A stretch of DNA of 18,477 nt, taken from Candidatus Methylomirabilales bacterium. GTDB lineage: Bacteria; Methylomirabilota; Methylomirabilia; Methylomirabilales; CSP1-5. This document shows, in pieces, positions 8,669 to 17,381 of the stretch. The stretch is from contig JBHIAH010000051.1 of assembly GCA_046758505.1 (NCBI GenBank), positions 1-18,477 of the forward strand, given 5' to 3'. A program made the position numbers and the translations under genes. Each line of letters begins with the position of its first letter. The stretch's first letter is position 1. Below the pieces are notes generated by a model that had not been told where the DNA came from, made no database searches, and saw nothing but the letters and a program-made list of their open reading frames with translations.

Positions 8669-9511
8669 GTGATCCGGCGGCCGCACCACGATGGATGGAT
8701 CCTGATCACCCAGCGGGATCATGCGATGCTGTCTGGAGCCCTGATGGCGCGGTGGGGGAATGAAGCCTTCGCTCCTGCCGCACCCCACGCGGAGGTCCTC
8801 TTCGGCATCGCCGAGCATGATAACGGGTGGGAAGAGTGGGATCAGGCGCCCAAGATCCATGTCGAGAGCGGCTATCCCCTGCACTTCAACGAGCTTGCCG
8901 CCGAGGCCTACGGTCAGATCTGGCGGCGCGGGGTCGAGCGGTATCGAAAAAGGTCCCCGTACGCGTCCCTGCTTATCACCCTCCACACCGCAGATCTCGC
9001 CCGCAGGCGGCTGGAGAATACGGCCCGGCGGGAGGCAGAGAGCAAGTCGGCGAGCCGGTTTCTGGGGAAGGGGGTGGGCGGCCGTGCGGAGACGGCCACT
9101 CTCAGCGTGTTTCTTGCGGAGATGGAAGCGCGTCGGGGAGAGCTCACTGACGCGCTGATGGGCCAAGCCAAGGCGCGATCCGATCGGCTCGAGGCCGAAA
9201 TCGAGGCCAACTTTCGCCTCCTCCAGATCGGGGATATCATCTCCCTCATGTTCTGTTGCGGCCTTTCCGGGCCTTTTACGCTCGAGGACGTCCCAACGGG
9301 GGAAGGCGGCCCTCGCGGTTCTGTGATCTTCGAGCCGGTGAGTGAAGACACCCTCGGCGTGCGCCCGTATCCCTTTTCAGAGCACGACGTTACGGTGGCC
9401 GTCCCGGGCCGTCTCCTCCGCCACAGGGTCTTTGCCTCCAACGCGGAGCTCCACGCGCATCTCAATCGGGCTGCCCCCATCAGTCTGGTCTTCCATCTGC
9501 AGCCGGCATAG
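8669..9511 (+). CDS. DUF3891-like protein (putative HD-type metal-binding fold)
   Basis: GTG start. N-terminal LITQRDHAMLSGALMARWG and IAEHDNGWEEWD, plus YASLLITLH and LLQIGDIISL, are typical of DUF3891. Confidence 0.75.
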   Translation: MIRRPHHDGWILITQRDHAMLSGALMARWGNEAFAPAAPHAEVLFGIAEHDNGWEEWDQAPKIHVESGYPLHFNELAAEAYGQIWRRGVERYRKRSPYASLLITLHTADLARRRLENTARREAESKSASRFLGKGVGGRAETATLSVFLAEMEARRGELTDALMGQAKARSDRLEAEIEANFRLLQIGDIISLMFCCGLSGPFTLEDVPTGEGGPRGSVIFEPVSEDTLGVRPYPFSEHDVTVAVPGRLLRHRVFASNAELHAHLNRAAPISLVFHLQPA

Positions 9512-9513
9512 CG

Positions 9514-9556
9514 GAGCTCCCCGAGGGGGGACGGGAGGGCCCGGCGTGGGGAGCTC
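9514..9556. repeat. inverted repeat after the DUF3891 gene stop
   Basis: GAGCTCCCC (9514-9522) and GGGGAGCTC (9548-9556). Confidence 0.5.
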
Positions 9557-9574
9557 TGTCGGGGGAGGTCCGCC

Positions 9575-9603
9575 TTGCGAAGTGGGGCCGTCTGCGACAT
9601 ACT
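9575..9603 (+). promoter_or_regulatory. putative sigma70 promoter of the radical SAM gene
   Basis: TTGCGA-N17-CATACT, followed by SD GAGGAG before ATG 9626. Confidence 0.4.
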
Positions 9604-9625
9604 ATGGTCAGTGAGGAGATGAGAC

Positions 9626-10612
9626 ATGCCTCCGGGGACTCTGGCGAAAACCCAATATGAGCCGGGCTACGTGGCGCTCTCCCGATCCGGGGAGCTCGAG
9701 CGGCGGGCGGAGCAGGCCCTCGGTATGCTTGCGTGTTGCACCGTCTGTCCCCGTGACTGTGAAATCAATCGGCTGCAGGGGGAAAAGGCGGTGTGCAAGA
9801 CGGGTCGCTACGCGGCCGTGGGGAGCTATTTTCCCCACTTCGGCGAGGAAGACTGCCTCCGCGGGTGGCGCGGCAGCGGGACGATCTTTTTCTCGATGTG
9901 TAACCTCCGCTGCGTCTTCTGTCAGAATTATGATCTGAGTCAGGAAGGAACAGGACGAGAGACTCGCCCGGAACGCCTCGCGCAGATGATGCTGGAGCTT
10001 CAGGAGGAGGGCTGCCACAACATCAATTTTGTCACGCCGGAGCATGTCGTTCCCCAGATCCTGGAGGCGGTACCGCTCGCGGTGCGGATGGGCCTCCGGC
10101 TCCCCCTCGTCTATAACACGAGCGCCTACGATTCCCTCGAGAGTCTGCGGCACCTGGATGGCGTCGTTGACATTTATATGCCCGACTTGAAGTTCTGGGA
10201 TCCCGATGTGTCCAAGCGACTCGCGAAGGCCAAGGACTATCCGGCGGCCGCGGCCGCGGCCATCAAGGAGATGCACCGGCAAGTGGGGGATCTGACGTTC
10301 GCCGAGGATGGGCTGGCCCGGCGGGGATTGCTCGTCCGCCATCTGGTGATGCCGGGAGGCGTGGCCGGGACGCGTGAGGTGGTGCGCTTCCTGGCGCAGG
10401 AGATTTCGCCCCACACCTACGTCAACATCATGGCCCAGTATCACCCGGCAGGTCTGGTGGGCCCGGAGAAGTACCCGGAAATTAACCGCCGGATTACGGC
10501 CGAGGAGTATCAGGAGGCAATCCGGGTCGCCCGCGAGGAGGGGCTGTACCGCTTTGATGAGCGTCACACCATCAGGCGCCGCCTCCGCATCCGGGAACCG
10601 GGATTCGACTAA
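9626..10612 (+). CDS. radical SAM protein, PflX/COG1313-like
   Basis: N-terminal CTVCPRDC, HFGEEDCLRG..GSGTIFF, CNLRCVFCQN (CxxxCxxC), HNINFVTP, DIYMPDLK and VRHLVMPG. Confidence 0.92.
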   Translation: MPPGTLAKTQYEPGYVALSRSGELERRAEQALGMLACCTVCPRDCEINRLQGEKAVCKTGRYAAVGSYFPHFGEEDCLRGWRGSGTIFFSMCNLRCVFCQNYDLSQEGTGRETRPERLAQMMLELQEEGCHNINFVTPEHVVPQILEAVPLAVRMGLRLPLVYNTSAYDSLESLRHLDGVVDIYMPDLKFWDPDVSKRLAKAKDYPAAAAAAIKEMHRQVGDLTFAEDGLARRGLLVRHLVMPGGVAGTREVVRFLAQEISPHTYVNIMAQYHPAGLVGPEKYPEINRRITAEEYQEAIRVAREEGLYRFDERHTIRRRLRIREPGFD

Positions 10613-10623
10613 AGGGGGGAGCG

Positions 10624-12042
10624 ATGTCCGGGGACAAGTATCGCATCGAACGGGACTCGATGGGGGACGTGCGGGTTCCCGCCGAGGCCTATTACGGCGC
10701 GCAAACGCAACGGGCGGTGGAAAACTTTCCCGTCAGCGGGCTTCGGTTTCCCCCGGACTTCATTCGCGCTTTGGGAATGATCAAACTGTGTGCGGCGAGA
10801 GCGAACCTGGATCTCGGGCTCTTGGATCGGCAGGTCGCCGAGGCCATTATCCGGGCCGCCCAGGAGGTGGTGGACGGTAAATGGGACGGGGAGTTCGTCC
10901 TCGACATCTTCCAGACCGGCTCCGGAACCTCGACGAACATGAATGCCAACGAGATGATCGCCAACCGGGCTATCGAACTGCTGGGGGGTGAGATTGGCAG
11001 CAAGCGCCCGGTCCATCCCAACGATCACGTGAACCTGGGTCAGTCGTCCAACGATGTGATTCCGACCGCTATCCATCTGGCCGCCCTGCACGTGGTCGAG
11101 CGTGAGCTCCTTCCCGCCCTTCGCGGGCTCCACCAGGCCCTCCTCGCCAAGGCGCAGGAGTTCGACGGGGTGGTGAAGATTGGCCGGACTCACTTGCAGG
11201 ATGCGACCCCCGTCCGGCTGGGGCAGGAGTTCGCCGGCTATGCCAGGCAGATCGAACTGGCCGTCGCGCGGGTCGAACGGGTCCGCCCATCATTGGGAGA
11301 GCTGGCCCTCGGCGGCACGGCCGTGGGAACCGGGATCAACACCCATCCGGAGTTTCCTGCTCAGGTCATCCGGTACCTGGGCGAGATGACGCGGCTTCCG
11401 CTCACCGAGGCCAAGCATCACTTTGCGGCCCAAGGGGGGCAGGATGCGGTCGTGGAGACGAGCGGGGCGCTCAAGACGGTGGCGGTCGGCCTGACGAAAA
11501 TCGCGAATGACATCCGCTGGCTCGGGTCGGGTCCTCGCTGCGGCATCGGCGAGATCCTCCTTCCCGCCATCCAGCCGGGTTCCTCCATCATGCCGGGCAA
11601 GGTCAATCCGGTCATCCCGGAGGCCGTTATCCAGGTGGCGGCCCACGTGATCGGCAACGATGCCTGCATCACCCTCGGGGGCCTGGGGGGATATTTCGAA
11701 CTCAATATGATGCTGCCGGTCATGGCGTACACGGTCTTGCAGTCCATTACCCTGCTCGCGAGCGTTTCCCGGATCTTTGTGGAGAAGTGTCTTGCGGGGA
11801 TTCGCGTCGATGAGGCTCGCTGTGCCGAGCTCATCGAGCAGTCCCTGGCGATGTGCACCGCGCTGGCGCCGGTCATCGGCTATGATGCCGCAGCAAAGAT
11901 CGCCAAGGAGAGCTATGAGACGGGCAAGACGGTGCGGCAGGTGGCAGTAGAGCACCAGGTCCTTCCCGAGGAGGAACTCACGCGGATCCTGGATCCGCGG
12001 CAGATGACAGAGCGGGGGATTGGACGCCGTGGCGAGAGGTGA
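10624..12042 (+). CDS. fumC: class II fumarate hydratase
   Basis: YYGAQTQRA, QTGSGTSTNMNANE, GRTHLQDATP and GSSIMPGKVNP. Confidence 0.95.
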   Translation: MSGDKYRIERDSMGDVRVPAEAYYGAQTQRAVENFPVSGLRFPPDFIRALGMIKLCAARANLDLGLLDRQVAEAIIRAAQEVVDGKWDGEFVLDIFQTGSGTSTNMNANEMIANRAIELLGGEIGSKRPVHPNDHVNLGQSSNDVIPTAIHLAALHVVERELLPALRGLHQALLAKAQEFDGVVKIGRTHLQDATPVRLGQEFAGYARQIELAVARVERVRPSLGELALGGTAVGTGINTHPEFPAQVIRYLGEMTRLPLTEAKHHFAAQGGQDAVVETSGALKTVAVGLTKIANDIRWLGSGPRCGIGEILLPAIQPGSSIMPGKVNPVIPEAVIQVAAHVIGNDACITLGGLGGYFELNMMLPVMAYTVLQSITLLASVSRIFVEKCLAGIRVDEARCAELIEQSLAMCTALAPVIGYDAAAKIAKESYETGKTVRQVAVEHQVLPEEELTRILDPRQMTERGIGRRGER

Positions 12043-12217
12043 CGTTCCGCGGGAGCAGGGGCGGGAGCGGACGGCCATTCTGGCGTTCCTTGTCGGGTAC
12101 GGGGGATTCGTCATGGGGACGGTCCTCATCCCGATCTCGCCCACTCTGGGCGGTATCATCTTCTGGGCGGGGGTCTTTGGAATCTTTTGGGCCGGCTGGT
12201 GGTCGAGCAGAAAGTAG
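12029..12217 (+). CDS. small hypothetical membrane protein (about 62 aa, 2 TM helices)
   Basis: Overlaps the fumC end. Two hydrophobic segments, AILAFLVGYGGFVMGTVLI and LGGIIFWAGVFGIFWAGWW, and a basic C-terminus. Start is GTG 12029 or TTG 12020. Confidence 0.6.
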   Translation: MARGDVPREQGRERTAILAFLVGYGGFVMGTVLIPISPTLGGIIFWAGVFGIFWAGWWSSRK

Positions 12218-12257
12218 GCGCCCGGACGGGCGACGAATTGAGGGCGTGTCTTTCTCC

Positions 12258-12285
12258 GTGAACTGTGAACCGTGAACGGCGAACT
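12258..12285. repeat. GTGAAC(N) heptamer array
   Basis: GTGAACT GTGAACC GTGAACG GCGAACT, the reverse complement of the array type at 8424-8451. Confidence 0.75.
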
Positions 12286-12391
12286 AATGCCGTTCCACCG
12301 TGTTCGGCCCAGTCCGAGCCTCACAGTTCGGCCTGCTTCCTCGGTTCAGTGAGCGGCAGGTGTTCGGGGAAAATAGTTGGAACGGCACTAG
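12284..12391. mobile_element. putative MITE-like element (about 108 bp) overlapping the ilvE stop codon
   Basis: Terminal inverted repeats CTAATGCCGTTCCA and TGGAACGGCACTAG (13 of 14 match), non-coding interior. Confidence 0.45.
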
Positions 12392-13302
12392 TAGACGGCG
12401 GTACACCAGGCCTGATACTTTTTGTGCTCCGCCTTGACGACTTGGAAGTAGAGCTGTTGGATCTTTGCAGTCACGGGACCGATCTTGCCGTCGCTGAGGG
12501 GGCGCCGATCCACCTCGATAATGGGAGACACCTGGGCCCCCGTCCCGCAGAGGAAGGCCTCGTCGCAGAGATAGAGCTCTGACCGTCCTACCCGCCGTTC
12601 GATCACCTCGAGATCGAGCTCATCACGACACAGATCGATCAGAACCTGGCGTGTGATGCCTTCCAGGATATCGGCCGAGAAGTCCGGGGTGATCAGCTTC
12701 CCCCCACGAATCAGGAAGATGTTCTCGGCCGATCCTTCAGAGATGAATCCGTCCTGGGTCAGGAAGATGGCCTCATCGAAGCCTTGCTCCACCGCCTCCG
12801 TTTTCGCCAGGGCGGAATTCACGTACCCGCCGACCACCTTACACCGGGCTGGGATCGTATTGTCGTTGATCCGCCGCCACGAGCTGAAGCCGACCTTGAC
12901 CCCGGTGGAGGTATCGATGTAGTCCCCCAGGGGAAGCGTGTATATGGCGAATCCGGTGTCGTACCCGATGAGCTTGGGCCCCAGACCCTCGGAGCTGATA
13001 TAGGCAAGCGGCCGAATGTACGTGTCCTCCCGATGGTGGTTCTTTCGCAGGAGTTCCAGGGTGATGTCGCAGAGCTCCTTGATGTCTTTGCCTACCTGGA
13101 GTCGCAGGACGCGGCAATTGCGCAGCATTCGCTCGTAGTGCTCGTCCATCTTGAACACAAAGAGCTGTTTCTGCCGGGCATTCCAGTACGCGCGAATGCC
13201 TTCAAAAATCCCGGTGCCGTACTGGAGCGCATTCGTGCGGACGCTAATCCTGGCGTCGTCGAGGGGGACGAACTGGTTGTTGAAAAACGCAAACGGCTGC
13301 AT
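12388..13302 (-). CDS. ilvE: branched-chain amino acid aminotransferase (class IV)
   Basis: ALQYGTGIFEGIR, YIRP, CKVVGGYVNS (PLP lysine), EGSAENIF, ILEGITR and EAFLCGTGA. Confidence 0.95.
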   Translation of the reverse strand: MQPFAFFNNQFVPLDDARISVRTNALQYGTGIFEGIRAYWNARQKQLFVFKMDEHYERMLRNCRVLRLQVGKDIKELCDITLELLRKNHHREDTYIRPLAYISSEGLGPKLIGYDTGFAIYTLPLGDYIDTSTGVKVGFSSWRRINDNTIPARCKVVGGYVNSALAKTEAVEQGFDEAIFLTQDGFISEGSAENIFLIRGGKLITPDFSADILEGITRQVLIDLCRDELDLEVIERRVGRSELYLCDEAFLCGTGAQVSPIIEVDRRPLSDGKIGPVTAKIQQLYFQVVKAEHKKYQAWCTAVY

Positions 13303-13349
13303 GCGGGGCCCTCTCGGCCTTTCGAACGCTTCCCCGGTGTGTGAGAAGA

Positions 13350-13379
13350 AAAGTAGCGAGAGTGTGGGCAAAAAGTCAA
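13350..13379 (-). promoter_or_regulatory. putative sigma70 promoter of ilvE
   Basis: Minus strand TTGACT-N18-TACTTT. Confidence 0.45.
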
Positions 13380-13441
13380 CTGAATTTTCGCGGGCGCGAG
13401 GACGAGGGGGTCCCCGGTCGGCCCAAAGAGCCAAAAAGCCC

Positions 13442-13470
13442 TTGACAAGAGGGGGAGGGGAAGGTAGCGT
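13442..13470 (+). promoter_or_regulatory. sigma70 promoter of romR(-valS)
   Basis: TTGACA-N17-TAGCGT, divergent from ilvE. Confidence 0.6.
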
Positions 13471-13560
13471 GTCGTCAATAAATTTCGCAAGTTGGAACGC
13501 GCCTTGCAACGTCTTCCGGGACGGTATGACGTTGCTGACGCCACGCAAAAGGAGCACACC

Positions 13561-14532
13561 ATGAAAGCCCGGATCCTGGTCGCCGACGATAGTGCGACGA
13601 TTCAGAAGGTGGTCGAGCTCACCCTGAGTCGGGTCGGTGTGGAACTGATCCAGGCCCGGAGCGCGAACGAGGCCATGCAGAAGGCCAGGGAAGAGAAGCC
13701 TGACCTGATGCTGATCGATCACGCGATGCCGGACCAGTCGGGCCAGGACCTGTGTGCGGCGCTCCGACAGGATGCTCAACTCGCAAGTGTTCCCATCATC
13801 TTCATGACGGGGGCCTCCGCGCCCGTCGACGAGGAGGAAGCGCGGCGGGCTGGAGCAACCGACATGGTGGCCAAGCCCTTTGAGTCGCAGGTTCTCATCG
13901 GGAAGGTGAAGCAGTTATTGCGTGTCCCCATGGCAGAGCAAGCGGCGCTCGCGGATGTGGAAAGCCAGCCGGGGGACGCGGCTCTCGTCCTCGAGCCCTC
14001 GGGGGAGCTGGGCGAAACGATCACGCTTCCCGCCGATGTGATGGGGGACAGTCTGGCGGAGATGACGGCCCAGGATCCGGCGGGCGCGGACGTTCCGACC
14101 TACGACCTCCCGGTGACCGAGGGAGAAGAGCTCCCGCTCGAGGCCATGGTCTCTGAGGATGCACCGGCATCCTCGACACCTGGGGTCGGGGAGATGGCGT
14201 TTCAGGACATGGCCGCGGCCGTGGGGATGGAGGCGCCGGGGGTACGGACCAGGGAAGAGAGGATCCTGGAGCCGGCGCCAGCACCTCCCCAGCTCAGGGA
14301 GGCACAGGTGGCGCCACCGGGGGCGCAGCCCCTGGCGGTTCCGGCCGATCTGGTCGAGACGCTCGCCCGCGAGGTGGCCGAGCGCGTCGCCAGCCACATT
14401 GTCCGGGAGCTCAGGTCGGATCTCCTCGAGCGGGTGGATCGACTGCTCTGGGAGGTGGTCCCCGACTTGGCCGAGCAGTTAATCACGCAGGAAATCCAGC
14501 GGATCCGGGATCTCGTCGAAGGGAAGAAGTAG
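13561..14532 (+). CDS. romR: RomR-like response regulator (receiver domain, acidic Pro/Ala-rich linker, conserved C-terminal helix)
   Basis: SD AAGGAG. Receiver domain with D9/D10, D53, T and K (LVADDS, KPFESQVL), a low-complexity linker, and C-terminal LLWEVVPDLAEQLITQEIQRI. Lies directly upstream of valS. Confidence 0.85.
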   Translation: MKARILVADDSATIQKVVELTLSRVGVELIQARSANEAMQKAREEKPDLMLIDHAMPDQSGQDLCAALRQDAQLASVPIIFMTGASAPVDEEEARRAGATDMVAKPFESQVLIGKVKQLLRVPMAEQAALADVESQPGDAALVLEPSGELGETITLPADVMGDSLAEMTAQDPAGADVPTYDLPVTEGEELPLEAMVSEDAPASSTPGVGEMAFQDMAAAVGMEAPGVRTREERILEPAPAPPQLREAQVAPPGAQPLAVPADLVETLAREVAERVASHIVRELRSDLLERVDRLLWEVVPDLAEQLITQEIQRIRDLVEGKK

Positions 14533-14549
14533 ACAGGGGACGACCGTTC

Positions 14550-14590
14550 CGGGGTGGGAGGGCACTTCCCTCGCACCCCGATTTTTCTTT
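14550..14590 (+). terminator. intrinsic terminator-like hairpin between romR and valS
   Basis: CGGGGTG-G-GAGGG-CACTT-CCCTC-G-CACCCCG followed by ATTTTTCTTT. Confidence 0.6.
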
Positions 14591-14600
14591 GGAGGCACTC

Positions 14601-17381
14601 ATGGGCGAGCGGAGTCGCCACGGCTACGATCCTCGGGATGTGGAGCCCCGCTGGTATGCCCTCTGGGAACAGCGTAGTTTCTTCCACGCCGACCCGAATT
14701 CCCCCCGGTCTCCGTACAGCATCGTCATCCCTCCACCGAACATCACCGGCTCTCTCCACATGGGGCACGCCCTGAACAACACCCTGCAGGATGTCCTGAC
14801 CCGGTGGCGGCGGATGCTCGGCGATAACACCCTCTGGATGCCGGGGACCGACCATGCGGGCATTGCGACCCAGAACGTGGTGGAACGCCAGCTCCTGGCG
14901 GAGGGACTGACCCGCCAGCAGATCGGACGGGAGGCCTTCGTGGCGCGGGTCTGGCGGTGGCGGGAGGAGTCGGGGAGGACCATCATCGGCCAGCTGAAGA
15001 AGTTAGGGGCCTCCTGTGATTGGACCCGGGAATCCTTCACCATGGATGCCCCACGCCAGCGCGCGGTTCTCGAGGTCTTCGTCCGCCTCTGGGAGGATGG
15101 GCTGTTGTACCGGGCGGAGCGGCTGGTGAACTGGTGTCCGCGGTGCGAGACCGCCCTGGCCGATATCGAGGTCGTGCATGAAGAGGCGGACGGTCGCCTG
15201 TGGCACATCCGATACCCCTTCGCTGGGGACCCGGCGCAGGGTGTGGTCGTGGCCACGACTCGGCCCGAGACGATGCTGGCCGATACCGCCGTGGCGGTCC
15301 ACCCGGACGACCCCCGGTATACGAAGGCAATCGGCCAGCACGTGATCCTCCCCCTGGTGGGACGGAGGCTTCCGGTCATCGCCGATCCGTACGTGTCCCG
15401 GGACTTCGGGACGGGAGCCCTCAAGATCACGCCCGGCCATGACTTCAACGATTTCGAGATCGGGCAGCACCATGGCCTCCCCGTGATTGCCGCGTTTCAG
15501 GCGGACGGGAAGGTCAGTGAGGCTTTCTTGGCCGATGCCAGTGACGAGGTCCGGAGCCGCCTCGCCGGCTATGTCGGTCGGGACCGATTTGCGGTGCGGC
15601 GGATGGTCTGTGACGATCTCGAGCGGGAGGGTCTCCTGGTCAAGGAGGAGCCGTACCGGTACGCGTTGGGTCGCTGCTACCGGTGCCAGACGGCTGTCGA
15701 GCCCTATCTGACTCCCCAGTGGTTCGTCCGGACGAAGCCGCTGGCCGAGCCGGCCATCCAGGCGGTCGAGGAAGGCCGCGTCCGCATCGTCCCTCCGCAG
15801 TGGGAAAAGAACTACTTCGAATGGATGCAGAACATCCGGGATTGGTGCATCTCGCGGCAGATCTGGTGGGGGCATCAGATCCCGGCCTGGTACTGCCTGA
15901 CCTGCGATGCGGATCATATCCGCACGGGTGGTGCAGCGACCACGGACGTGGTGGAGATCTCACCACAGGCCAGGCCGATCGTCGCTCGGGAGCGCCCGGG
16001 GGCCTGTCCGCGGTGCGGGGGCCAGGCGCTCTATCAGGATCCCGATGTGCTCGATACCTGGTTCAGCTCCGCCCTCTGGCCCTTTTCTACCCTGGGCTGG
16101 CCGGAGCAGACGAAGGCACTTGCCGTCTTTTATCCCACGACCGTGCTGGTGACGGCCTTTGACATCCTCTTCTTCTGGGTCGCGCGGATGATCATGATGG
16201 GGCTGAAGTGCATGGGGGACGTCCCCTTCCGGCAGGTGTATATCCACGCGCTGGTCCGGGACCCGGAGGGGCAGAAGATGTCCAAATCCAAGGGGAATGT
16301 CATCGACCCGCTCGTCATGATCGAGAAGTATGGGGCCGACGCCCTCCGTTTTACCCTCACCGCCCTGGTCGCCCAGGGGCGGGATGTCAGGCTTTCCGAA
16401 GAGCGCATCGAGGGATATCGGTACTTCTGTAACAAGATCTGGAACGCCTATCGCTTTGTGAGCCTGCATGTGCCCGAAGGGGATCGAGCCGGGATGCTTG
16501 CGTCCCTGCACGAGAAGTGGCCCGCCCGGGCAGACCTCGCGGATCGGTGGATCCTGAGTCGCCTGCAGGAGGTGATCGCATCGGTGACCGAGGCGCTCGA
16601 GACCTTTCGGTTCAGCGATGCCGCCTCCCATATTTATCAATTCCTCTGGCATGAGTACTGCGACTGGTACCTGGAGCTCGTCAAGGTCAGGCTCACCACC
16701 GAGGGGGACCAGGCGGCGCGCGAGACGGGGCGTCTCCTCTTGGCCCGGGTGCTGGAGGTGGCGCTCAGGCTCCTGCATCCCATTATGCCCTTCATCACGG
16801 AGGAGATCTGGCAGCACCTGCGCCCTCCGACGGCGGATCCCCCGAGCGTCATGGTGGCCCCGTGGCCCGTCCCCGACTCCTCCCTCGTGGACCCGGAGGC
16901 GATGCGGAGGATGGAGCGGGTGATGGGGGTGATCCGCAGCATCCGCAACATCCGGTCTGAGGTCCGGATTCCCCCCAATGCCTGGCCGACGGTGCTGATA
17001 AAAGTTGAGGGAGCGGAAGACGAATCCCTCCTCGGAAGCACACAGGGCTCCGTGCGGCATCTCGCCAGGGTGGGCGAGGTGCGGATCGGACGAACGCTTG
17101 AGCGGCCCCGCCTGTCGGCGGTGGCGGTGACCGCTGGCATGGAAATCTATGTCCCCCTGGAAGGACTGATCGACATCGCCTCGGAAACTCAACGGCTCGA
17201 CCGGGAGCTCACCAAGGTGAAGCGAGAGCTGGAAGGGGCGAGCCGGAAGCTCAGCAACGCCGACTTTCTCGCCAGGGCACCCGCAGACGTGGTGGGCAAG
17301 GAGCGGGAGAACCAGCGGGCGCTCCGCGAGACCCGGGAGAAACTCGAGGGACATCTCACGATGCTCAGAGATGAGGGGTGA
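14601..17381 (+). CDS. valS: valine--tRNA ligase
   Basis: PPPNITGSLHMGH, GTDHAGIATQ, DWCISRQIWWGH, KMSKSKGN and a C-terminal coiled coil. SD GGAGG. Confidence 0.98.
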   Translation: MGERSRHGYDPRDVEPRWYALWEQRSFFHADPNSPRSPYSIVIPPPNITGSLHMGHALNNTLQDVLTRWRRMLGDNTLWMPGTDHAGIATQNVVERQLLAEGLTRQQIGREAFVARVWRWREESGRTIIGQLKKLGASCDWTRESFTMDAPRQRAVLEVFVRLWEDGLLYRAERLVNWCPRCETALADIEVVHEEADGRLWHIRYPFAGDPAQGVVVATTRPETMLADTAVAVHPDDPRYTKAIGQHVILPLVGRRLPVIADPYVSRDFGTGALKITPGHDFNDFEIGQHHGLPVIAAFQADGKVSEAFLADASDEVRSRLAGYVGRDRFAVRRMVCDDLEREGLLVKEEPYRYALGRCYRCQTAVEPYLTPQWFVRTKPLAEPAIQAVEEGRVRIVPPQWEKNYFEWMQNIRDWCISRQIWWGHQIPAWYCLTCDADHIRTGGAATTDVVEISPQARPIVARERPGACPRCGGQALYQDPDVLDTWFSSALWPFSTLGWPEQTKALAVFYPTTVLVTAFDILFFWVARMIMMGLKCMGDVPFRQVYIHALVRDPEGQKMSKSKGNVIDPLVMIEKYGADALRFTLTALVAQGRDVRLSEERIEGYRYFCNKIWNAYRFVSLHVPEGDRAGMLASLHEKWPARADLADRWILSRLQEVIASVTEALETFRFSDAASHIYQFLWHEYCDWYLELVKVRLTTEGDQAARETGRLLLARVLEVALRLLHPIMPFITEEIWQHLRPPTADPPSVMVAPWPVPDSSLVDPEAMRRMERVMGVIRSIRNIRSEVRIPPNAWPTVLIKVEGAEDESLLGSTQGSVRHLARVGEVRIGRTLERPRLSAVAVTAGMEIYVPLEGLIDIASETQRLDRELTKVKRELEGASRKLSNADFLARAPADVVGKERENQRALRETREKLEGHLTMLRDEG

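Noticed and set aside
12320..12365. SRP RNA-like GGAAGCAG on the minus strand
   Set aside because: It lacks the CAGG..GNRA tetraloop helix-8 context.
13303..13779. 159-aa N-terminal extension of ilvE
   Set aside because: It overlaps romR and both promoters; homology to class IV aminotransferases begins at MQPFAFFN.
14533..14600. T-box riboswitch upstream of valS (or argS)
   Set aside because: No T-box consensus (UGGNACC antiterminator bulge) and the leaders are far too short.
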